Assembly: GCF_001548275.1 (NCBI RefSeq)
Contig: NZ_AP014945.1
Coordinates: 90,001-122,000, forward strand
DNA length: 32,000 nucleotides
Origin: Caldimicrobium thiodismutans
GTDB taxonomy: Bacteria > Desulfobacterota > Thermodesulfobacteria > Thermodesulfobacteriales > Thermodesulfobacteriaceae
Direction of reading: 5' to 3'
The notes beneath the pieces were generated by a model. The model was not told the origin of the DNA and ran no database searches. It saw nothing but the letters and a program-made list of their open reading frames with translations. This document shows, piece by piece, positions 1-6,212 of the stretch (position 1 is its first letter; the number at the start of each line of letters is the position of its first letter). The translations under genes and the position numbers were made by a program.

Positions 1-428
1 GCCTGCTCTTTGGCAAAATTTCTTGTTCCGAAACATACCTTTTTATCGATAAGCTCTGGAATATTTTCAAACTTACAATCCACACCTACATCCACCACTT
101 TGACCTCAGCTCCTGAAAATCTGGCAAGAACATTTATGCCAGCTCCTCCTCTCAAGAAATTATAAATCATTTGCGCTGTAACCTCCTTAGGAAAAGCAGA
201 AACTCCTTCCTCCGTAACCCCATGATCCCCTGCAAAGACAAAACTTAGTTTTTTATTTATTTTAGGGTAGGGGGTTTCAAAAATAGCCACCATTTGGGCT
301 GCAAGTTCCTCAAGCCTGCCAAGGCTACCCTTGGGTTTTGTAAGATTATCAAGTCTTTCCCAGGCTTTCTTAAACCACTCCTCTTTTAAGGGCTCAATTT
401 TTATCTGAAAAGGCCATTCTTTAGCCAT
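1..428 (-). CDS. cobT: Nicotinate-nucleotide--dimethylbenzimidazole phosphoribosyltransferase (CobT), N-terminal part; runs off the window start
   Basis: Absent from the ORF track because it is truncated. My translation from ATG 428..426 reads MAKEWPFQIKIEPLKEEWFKKAWERLDNLTKPKGSLGRLEELAAQM...FAGDHGVTEEGVSAFPKEVTAQMIYNFLRGGAGINVLAR. It contains CobT-type motifs (LTKPxGSLGxLE, AGDHGV, FPxEVTxQM). A G-rich SD lies upstream. Confidence 0.85.
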   Translation of the reverse strand, partial: MAKEWPFQIKIEPLKEEWFKKAWERLDNLTKPKGSLGRLEELAAQMVAIFETPYPKINKKLSFVFAGDHGVTEEGVSAFPKEVTAQMIYNFLRGGAGINVLARFSGAEVKVVDVGVDCKFENIPELIDKKVCFGTRNFAKEQ

Positions 429-484
429 CCTGCATCCACCCCCTATGGTAAAATCATTTACCATAAATATACCCTAAAAATTTC

Positions 485-849
485 TTTTTCAAAGTTTTGT
501 ATAATTCCATATCTTTTGAGACTCTATAGGATTTTTTCTTTGGGCCTAACACAAATTAAATCTTTCCACATACCCGTTCCCCTTCGGAAAGAAAGGATAA
601 AAAATCTGCAAAATCTTTCCTTAAGTAGGGGTTTAAAATTTTATACCCCTTGAATTTTTTGTGGGTCTGTTGTAGCACAGACATTCTTGTCTGTGTTTCT
701 TTCATACATGGGAGTGTAATTTGCCTCCACAGGCAAGATTGCCTGTGTTACTTTCAGACTTGTATAACCTCCCTTGTATAGATATCTAATTCCCCTTTTG
801 CCCCACTTCCTTTTTCTTGTAAGGATATGAATTTATGCAAAGGTTTAAT
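485..849 (+). repeat. Repeat family R1, full copy: module A about 485-660, module B about 661-849
   Basis: Near-identical by eye to the reverse complement of 22494-22852. Module A recurs at 31635-31801 and module B at 4318-4431. It contains a palindrome plus T-run (627-660) and twin hairpins (676-695, 728-747). Confidence 0.9.
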
Positions 850-978
850 TCTTTGGGAATCCAAATTTAATCTTGAATAGATTTTTCAAAAGCTCAATAT
901 GTTAGATAGGACGAAGGTTTTAAGAGAGATTAAATATATTAATTACACCTTGAGGGGTACAATATAAATATTTTCTAT

Positions 979-1299
979 TTAAAAGTTTGAAGGATATATT
1001 CTGCTATTTTTTTTGGCCTCTTCATCAGGAATATAATTGTCCCCAAATTTCGGCATACCAGGCCCAGGGTTTCGCATTTTACTAATTATATCTTCAGGAG
1101 TTTTAATATTGTTGGCGTCAAGATCCTTTTTATGTAAAGTCTTGCTACGATTAATAATATTTCCTCCATTGGGATGACAAATAGCACAATGTTCCCTAAA
1201 TAGGACCTCCCCTGTTTTTCCTTTTAATGGTTCTCCAGAAAAGGCTAAAATAGAAGGGAAGCTTATACTTATGGCTAAACTTATGATAATTTTTTTCAT
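979..1299 (-). CDS. Class I c-type cytochrome (c6/c553-like), secreted
   Basis: Signal peptide MKKIIISLAISISFPSILA. Single heme motif CAICH followed by PNGGN, and GPGMPKF as the probable Met ligand region. Confidence 0.8.
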   Translation of the reverse strand: MKKIIISLAISISFPSILAFSGEPLKGKTGEVLFREHCAICHPNGGNIINRSKTLHKKDLDANNIKTPEDIISKMRNPGPGMPKFGDNYIPDEEAKKNSRIYPSNF

Positions 1300-1311
1300 C
1301 TTTTCACCCCC

Positions 1312-1629
1312 TTATTTGGTCCCATAATTAATAGTAAGATAATTGATTATTACCTCAACATCAGGCTCAGGAATTGGCGCTCCATATACTTTTATCATCT
1401 TATTAACTATTTCTGACCACTTATTTTTTGAAAATTTAGGTTGCATAATTATGTAATCTGTGCTATGACAAATATTGCAATAGGTCTCCACTTTCTCCTT
1501 TCCTTTCCCTGCTTTAAGTTCAACTTGGATAGGTGGAAGCTCAATAGATTTTACTGAATCCTGAGAAATAGCCCAAGAAACTCCACTAACTAATATTAAT
1601 CCAGAGATCCATATTATTATTTTTTTCAT
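1312..1629 (-). CDS. Monoheme cytochrome c, probable electron-acceptor subunit of sulfite dehydrogenase (SorB/SoxD-like)
   Basis: Signal peptide and CNICH heme motif. Lies 11 nt downstream of the molybdoenzyme gene on the same strand. Confidence 0.7.
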   Translation of the reverse strand: MKKIIIWISGLILVSGVSWAISQDSVKSIELPPIQVELKAGKGKEKVETYCNICHSTDYIIMQPKFSKNKWSEIVNKMIKVYGAPIPEPDVEVIINYLTINYGTK

Positions 1630-1640
1630 TTTTCTCCTCC

Positions 1641-2834
1641 TTATTCAACTACTATTTCTATTTTTTCTATTTTATTCCAAAGATAGCCTGCTGGATTCCA
1701 CAAACTTTCAAAGGGCTGAGATTCACCAATACTATTTGTAGCTCTTGCCATTAATACATATTTACCAGATTTTGTGGGTTTAAAACTATAAAACCATTGA
1801 ATCCATGAGTATCTACCTAAATCTTTGCCAAGCCTTGTGGTATGCCATGTCGTTCCTCCATCTATAGATACAATTACATCTTTTATACTATATCCCCCTG
1901 AAAAAGCTATTCCCATAATATTAATTTCTCTACCCCTTTTAAAGATAGCTCCATCCTGAGGTTCAATTATCAGAGATCTTGTAGTCATTCTACTAACGGG
2001 AACAGTCTTCTTAGGATTTGTTCCTGGTTCCACACAACCACAGGGATTATCAGGTATTCGATAGGCAGTTTTCATCCAGAATCCCTCAAAAGGTTTGTCA
2101 AGAACAGTAATTTCAATTAGGGCCTTTACCCAGTATGTTGCATACCAACCCGGGACAACAAGCCTTGCAGGAAAGCCATTAAGCATAGGAAGAGGTTTAC
2201 CATTCATTTCATAGGCAACTATGATGTCCTCTTCCAGGGCCTTATCAATGGGGAGAGTTTTTACAAAATCCGGAACAGAGGAAAGTGGCCCTGAATCAAG
2301 ACCATTAAAAGCAACTTCCACTGAGCCAATCTTTATCCCTGCCATGTTGAGTATATCTTTAAGTCTAACCCCTGACCAGGTCACATTTCCCATAGCACCA
2401 TTTTTCCATTGTCCCCCTGCTACTCTTGGATTAAAGAAACTTCGGCCATTTCCTGAACACTGAATAACAGCTGTGTAACTAACCTTTTCAAATTTACTTT
2501 TTAGATCTTCCATAGATAATTCAAAAGGTTGTTTCACATTGCCATTTATCTTTAGTCTCCATTTAGTTAAATCAACAGAGGTTGGAATATTGGCAATGTG
2601 CCATCTTACAAAAAGAGCTTCATTAGGAGTAATTAATTCTTTAAAATAATGAAGAGGGGTTTCGAGTTGAGGGGGCCTTGAGGTGAGAAGAATTAACTCT
2701 GTTTTTTCAGGAAATCTGACAAGCTTTCTTTCTTCAGCAAAAAGTGTAGAGGGAATATCGCTAAGAACTGTCATAGCAGTAATAGCTCCGGCTGTTTTTA
2801 AAAAATCCCTTCGAGTAAATTCTTTTTTTCCCAT
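1641..2834 (-). CDS. Sulfite oxidase/dehydrogenase-family molybdopterin subunit (SorA/SoxC-like), Tat-exported
   Basis: Twin-arginine signal TRRDFLKTAGA. Contains the Mo-ligand Cys context VIQCSGNGRSFF typical of the sulfite oxidase family, at about 400 aa. GGAGG SD precedes the ATG. Confidence 0.8.
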   Translation of the reverse strand: MGKKEFTRRDFLKTAGAITAMTVLSDIPSTLFAEERKLVRFPEKTELILLTSRPPQLETPLHYFKELITPNEALFVRWHIANIPTSVDLTKWRLKINGNVKQPFELSMEDLKSKFEKVSYTAVIQCSGNGRSFFNPRVAGGQWKNGAMGNVTWSGVRLKDILNMAGIKIGSVEVAFNGLDSGPLSSVPDFVKTLPIDKALEEDIIVAYEMNGKPLPMLNGFPARLVVPGWYATYWVKALIEITVLDKPFEGFWMKTAYRIPDNPCGCVEPGTNPKKTVPVSRMTTRSLIIEPQDGAIFKRGREINIMGIAFSGGYSIKDVIVSIDGGTTWHTTRLGKDLGRYSWIQWFYSFKPTKSGKYVLMARATNSIGESQPFESLWNPAGYLWNKIEKIEIVVE

Positions 2835-2905
2835 ATTTACCTCCTACGAAAAATTTGTTATGTTATTACCTAAGTTTTTGCATATATAGGGGTTATAATA
2901 GAAAC

Positions 2906-3065
2906 ATGGAAAAGAGAGTAAGGCAGGGCAACTCCATTTTACCTGGGCTTTTAAGCCCTCAGTGGAGTTTGTTGCCTGCCTGCTTAAACCATTATAAGTT
3001 GGTTGGGTTTGTAAACCCTCGTCAAGTTGGAGGATTGGTGAGCAGGTCCCCTGCCTTACTAAAAC
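2906..3065 (+). ncRNA. Candidate IS110 bridge (guide) RNA encoded in the left end
   Basis: TATAAT lies at 2894-2899. A 12-bp long-range stem pairs 2917-2928 with 3049-3060. Two internal hairpins (2945-2958, 3005-3018) are each flanked by unpaired segments. The segments around hairpin 1 match the insertion site (see findings). RNA ends are approximate. Confidence 0.55.
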
Positions 3066-3086
3066 AAAATAAAAGGAGGTCCACCT

Positions 3087-4313
3087 ATGCACTACACCTA
3101 CTTTGTAGGCCTTGATGTCTCCAAAAACTTCTTTCATGCCTGCCTCATTGATTCCTCTCAAAATGTCCTCTTTAACCAGTCCTACCCTCTTGACTACCAG
3201 GGCATCAGTTCCTTTACAAAAGCTCTCCCTCAAGGCTTAAAAAAATCCATCCTTATCGGTATTGAATCCTCCAGTTGTTATCATCTTAATCTCATCACCT
3301 ACCTCGTTAATCATAACTTCACTTGCGTCATCCTTAATCCAATTCTCATTAAAAATTTTGCTAAACTCTCTCTTAGAAAAACCAAAACCGATGCCATAGA
3401 CGCTAAAACTATCGCCATCTTCCTTTCTCAATTCCATCAAAAACTACCTCCCCAGGCCTTTACTTCTGAAGAATTTAAAGACCTTGCCAGAGAAAGAGAA
3501 AGAATTTCTCAAGAAATCGCTAAAAGAAAAAATAACCTCGAAAAACTTGTGGTCGTTACCTTCCCTGAACTTGAAAGAACCGTCAATATCTACAATACCT
3601 CCATTCTTAAACTTCTTGAAAAATTCCCCTCTGCTAAAGCTATTAAAAAAGCCTCTCTTGAGGAAATTGAAAATATACTCTCCTCTCAAAAAGGTAAAAA
3701 ACCCGCCATTTCTGCTAAAGAAATAAAAGCCCTTGCTGAATATTCTATAGCTCAAAATTGGCCCGCAAAAGAATATATTCTTTCCAGAACCATTCAAGAA
3801 CTCTTCTTCCTTCAGGAAACCCTTAAAGAAATTGAAAAACTTCTTAAATCCGCTTGTAAAGAGATTTCCGCTTGCCAGGACCTTGATATCCTCCTTTCTA
3901 TTGAGGGAATTGGAGAAATTACAGCGCTTCATTTTCTTGCTGAAATTCAAGATATAAAGAGATTTCAATCTTACAAACAATTGATTGCCTATGCAGGACT
4001 TGATCCTGCTGTTTATGAATCTGGAAACTTTAAAGGAAAGAGCAAGATTTCTAAACGAGGAAATAGGCATTTGAGAAGGGTTGTATGGCTTATGAGTATT
4101 AATGTAATCAGACACAATCCTATATTCTGGAGCTATTTTGAGAGGAGAAAAAGACAAGGATTGCCTTATAAAAAAGCGGTTTTGGCCACCGCTCATAAAC
4201 TTTTGAGAATTATTTATGCACTTCTCAAATATAAAAAATATTTTGATCCTTCTACTACTTATCATAATATTCCTTCTCAAGGAGGTTTTTACTATGCTTA
4301 TAATTTTTCATAG
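3087..4313 (+). CDS. IS110-family transposase/recombinase (DEDD RuvC-like N-domain plus C-terminal Tnp domain)
   Basis: N-terminus YFVGLDVSKNFFHACL. C-terminus EGIGEITALHFLAEIQDIKRFQSYKQLIAYAGLDPAVYESGNFKGKSKISKRGNRHLRRVVW. AAGGAGG SD lies 7 nt upstream of the ATG. Confidence 0.93.
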   Translation: MHYTYFVGLDVSKNFFHACLIDSSQNVLFNQSYPLDYQGISSFTKALPQGLKKSILIGIESSSCYHLNLITYLVNHNFTCVILNPILIKNFAKLSLRKTKTDAIDAKTIAIFLSQFHQKLPPQAFTSEEFKDLARERERISQEIAKRKNNLEKLVVVTFPELERTVNIYNTSILKLLEKFPSAKAIKKASLEEIENILSSQKGKKPAISAKEIKALAEYSIAQNWPAKEYILSRTIQELFFLQETLKEIEKLLKSACKEISACQDLDILLSIEGIGEITALHFLAEIQDIKRFQSYKQLIAYAGLDPAVYESGNFKGKSKISKRGNRHLRRVVWLMSINVIRHNPIFWSYFERRKRQGLPYKKAVLATAHKLLRIIYALLKYKKYFDPSTTYHNIPSQGGFYYAYNFS

Positions 4314-4317
4314 TTGA

Positions 4318-4431
4318 CTCCACAGGCAAGATTGCCTGTGTTACTTTCAGACTTGTAAAGCTTCCCTTGTATAGATATCTAATTCCCCTTTTACCCCACT
4401 TTTTTTTCTTGTAAGGATATAAACTTATGAA
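4318..4431 (+). repeat. Repeat family R1, module-B fragment split by the IS (its first ~11 nt are at 2861-2871)
   Basis: CTCCACAGGCAAGATTGCCTGTGTTACTTTCAGACTTGTA...CTTGTAAGGATAT is colinear with 725-840. Hairpin CACAGGCAA/TTGCCTGTG lies at 4321-4340. Confidence 0.9.
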
Positions 4432-4523
4432 ACTTGTGTATGGGGCTATTGGCAAACCTTTGTGTTTTCTCGTTACATGTTCCTTTATATTATTGGGCGG
4501 ACAGGAAAAATTTTTACCCCCTC

Positions 4524-4551
4524 TTGACAAAACAAAAATTTTTGTTATAAA
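4524..4551 (+). promoter_or_regulatory. Sigma70-like promoter for the DUF2325/iron-uptake locus
   Basis: TTGACA (4524-4529), 16-nt spacer, TATAAA (4546-4551). Confidence 0.5.
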
Positions 4552-4553
4552 TG

Positions 4554-4581
4554 AATTTCAATTTCAATTTCAATTTCAATT
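4554..4581. repeat. Tandem hexamer (AATTTC) x4 plus a partial unit, at the predicted transcription start
   Basis: Direct reading: AATTTC AATTTC AATTTC AATTTC AATT. Confidence 0.9.
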
Positions 4582-4612
4582 AAAATTATAGCTTTGGGGG
4601 GGTGAACTTCTT

Positions 4613-4900
4613 GTGAAGATTGTTGTTCTTGGTGGGTATGACCGCTTTGGTCCTTATCTTGAGAAATATGCAAAGTCCCTGGGTCTTGAAATAAATTTTA
4701 TCAATCAACCTAAAAAAGATCTGGAAAAATTATTAAAAAATGCAGATTACATTGTTGTTCTTACAAGATGTGTGTCCCATGAGATGGTGAGATGTGCCAA
4801 GGGCTTTTCCCCTGAAAAATGTATTTTTTGTAAACAGGCAGGTCTTTGTGCTATCAAAAAGATAATTGAAGAAAAAATCTTGAAAACTTTTAATAATTGA
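4613..4900 (+). CDS. DUF2325-like small protein (GTG start)
   Basis: MKIVVLGGYDRF...ADYIVVLTRCVSHEM resembles my recollection of the DUF2325 pattern (ivvlGG ... aD.vv..t..vsH). A G-rich SD precedes the GTG. Confidence 0.6.
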   Translation: MKIVVLGGYDRFGPYLEKYAKSLGLEINFINQPKKDLEKLLKNADYIVVLTRCVSHEMVRCAKGFSPEKCIFCKQAGLCAIKKIIEEKILKTFNN

Positions 4901-4947
4901 TTTAAAAATTAAAGAATTTGATTGAATTAAAAGAAGGAGGGAAGGCT

Positions 4948-5097
4948 ATGATAACCCTTCAAATGATTCGGAAAGCTCAAGAAGATTGGGCAAGAGGAAT
5001 TATTCAAATTGGAAAATTATATTTAGAAAATAAAAACTATTTTGATTTTGCAAAAAACTTTGCTCCTCATTACCTTTTAACCAAAGTGCTTAAATAA
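4948..5097 (+). CDS. Small hypothetical ORF (49 aa), below the ORF-track cutoff
   Basis: Strong SD AAGGAGGGAAGG precedes ATG 4948. My translation is MITLQMIRKAQEDWARGIIQIGKLYLENKNYFDFAKNFAPHYLLTKVLK, stop at 5095-5097. It may be a truncated remnant. Confidence 0.35.
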   Translation: MITLQMIRKAQEDWARGIIQIGKLYLENKNYFDFAKNFAPHYLLTKVLK

Positions 5098-5158
5098 ATT
5101 TCTTTGGGGAGTCTTTAGCTTTGTATATGAAGAATATATTATCTTATAACATAAAATT

Positions 5159-5177
5159 GAGATTGATTTTCAATTTA
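5159..5177. promoter_or_regulatory. Fur-box-like operator upstream of feoA
   Basis: GAGATTGATTTTCAATTTA matches 12 of 19 positions of GATAATGATAATCATTATC by my count. It is embedded in the inverted repeat AAATTGA...TCAATTT, 29 nt upstream of the ATG. Confidence 0.4.
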
Positions 5178-5205
5178 AAAATCAATATAAAAGGGGGTAG
5201 GAAAA

Positions 5206-5502
5206 ATGATGCCTTTAGGATTGATGAAAGAGGGAGAAGAGGGGGTTGTTGTTGAGATCAGGGATCAAGATAGTCTTCAAGAATTTGAAAACCATGAAAT
5301 TCCCCTTTGTTCTGGAGGCTGTCTTTTTTGTAAGAAAGAAAGGCAGAAATTTAAAAAAGTTTTTTCACTTGGATTAAGACCAGGGATAAGAGTGCTTGTT
5401 ATAAAAAACAAACCCGGCCAACCCATAATTATTTTTTTTGAAAACACGCAACTTGCTTTAAGTAGGGGTCTTGCCATGAAAATTTTCGTTAAAAAAACAT
5501 AA
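5206..5502 (+). CDS. FeoA-domain protein with a Cys-rich insertion
   Basis: FeoA-like ends (LMKEGEEGVVVEI ... LGLRPGIRVLVIKNKPGQPIIIFFENTQLALSRGLAMKIFV) are interrupted by an insertion containing CSGGCLFC. Confidence 0.65.
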   Translation: MMPLGLMKEGEEGVVVEIRDQDSLQEFENHEIPLCSGGCLFCKKERQKFKKVFSLGLRPGIRVLVIKNKPGQPIIIFFENTQLALSRGLAMKIFVKKT

Positions 5503-5519
5503 AAAAGGGAGGTGGAGTT

Positions 5520-5966
5520 ATGAGAAAAGGGGTGCTTTTTCTTCTAATGAGTTTTGCCTTTGTGAATTTAAGTAAAGCAGAGGAAATTACTTATCGGAAG
5601 CACATCAAACCTGTTATGGATTCTAAGTGCATAAGCTGTCACGGGCCTGATTCACCTGAGTATGATGGATTTAAAGAAGAAAAGAGTAAATGGCTTTCCA
5701 AGGGTAAGGGACCAAGGATGGATACATACAGTCATTTGATTTTTTATGTGGGCTGGAGGGATACAGGAGCCATCATGAGAAGGCTTGATGATGGGAAGAA
5801 TACTCCTGATGGGAAGCCAGGGAATATGTATAAATATCTTGGGGACACAGAGGAAGAAAGGCAGAGGAATCTTGAGCTTTTTAAGAAGTGGGTAGGAAAC
5901 TGGACCTTAAAGAGATGGAAGGAGATCACTAAGGAGGAATTAGAGGCTATTAAGGTGAAATATTAA
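5520..5966 (+). CDS. Secreted CXXCH protein (PSCyt1-like cytochrome c domain)
   Basis: Signal peptide MRKGVLFLLMSFAFVNLSKA. HIKPVMDSKCISCHGPDSPE resembles the planctomycete-type cytochrome c motif. Strong SD GGGAGGTGGAG. Confidence 0.6.
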   Translation: MRKGVLFLLMSFAFVNLSKAEEITYRKHIKPVMDSKCISCHGPDSPEYDGFKEEKSKWLSKGKGPRMDTYSHLIFYVGWRDTGAIMRRLDDGKNTPDGKPGNMYKYLGDTEEERQRNLELFKKWVGNWTLKRWKEITKEELEAIKVKY

Positions 5967-5981
5967 TAGTGGGGGGTGGGG

Positions 5982-6212
5982 ATGATGAGGCTTTCGGAGT
6001 TGAAACCAGGGCAGAGGGGAAGAATTGTTAAAATCAAGGGGGAGGGCACTTTAAGGAGAAGGTTTCAAACCATGGGAATTCTTCCTGGGGAGGAGGTAGT
6101 GGTTGAAAAGGTTGCCCCCTTAGGAGACCCTATTGATGTAGTAATCAAGGGTTATCATCTTTCTTTGAGAAAAAGTGAAGGAGATCTTATTGAATTGGAG
6201 GTGATAAAATGA
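5982..6212 (+). CDS. feoA: Ferrous iron transport protein A
   Basis: MMRLSELKPGQRGRIVKIKGEGTLRRRFQTMGILPGEEVVVEKVAPLGDPIDVVIKGYHLSLRKSEGDLIELE is a canonical FeoA. The track starts at GTG 5976; I prefer ATG 5982 behind the G-rich SD. Confidence 0.9.
   Translation: MMRLSELKPGQRGRIVKIKGEGTLRRRFQTMGILPGEEVVVEKVAPLGDPIDVVIKGYHLSLRKSEGDLIELEVIK

Larger units (their letters stand above)
2872..4317 (+). mobile_element. IS110-family insertion sequence (1446 bp) with CT core at both junctions
   Basis: Boundaries come from aligning the flanks (2860-2871 and 4318 onward) to uninterrupted R1 copies at 713-747 and 22586-22620 (reverse strand). CT occurs at 2870-2871 and 4318-4319. No terminal inverted repeats. 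The non-coding left end is 215 nt and the right end is 4 nt. Confidence 0.85.

Noticed and set aside
429-660. Cobalamin riboswitch upstream of cobT
   Set aside because: I could not find a B12-box-like core. The conserved sequence there is the R1 repeat, which also precedes unrelated genes.
2844-3233. ORFs 2844-3233 (-) and 2855-3115 (+) spanning the IS left end
   Set aside because: They cross the IS/flank junction and the structured non-coding left end, and have no SD or recognisable domains. The region is better explained as RNA.
3444-4280. 278-aa ORF (and 3237-3440, 3484-3726) antisense to or overlapping the IS110 recombinase gene
   Set aside because: Low-complexity K/F/S/R-rich translation with no SD, entirely inside a well-supported CDS. 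Such long shadow ORFs are typical of AT-rich coding sequence.
2899-4314. A junction promoter formed on circularisation: right end TTGA plus core CT gives TTGACT as the -35, with TATAAT at 2894-2899 as the -10
   Set aside because: The spacer would be 22 nt (2872-2893), too long for a sigma70 promoter. No alternative -10 lies at 16-18 nt.
4255-4530. 91-aa ORF (-) across the IS right junction and the R1 fragment
   Set aside because: It spans the element boundary and a repeat that is demonstrably non-coding elsewhere.
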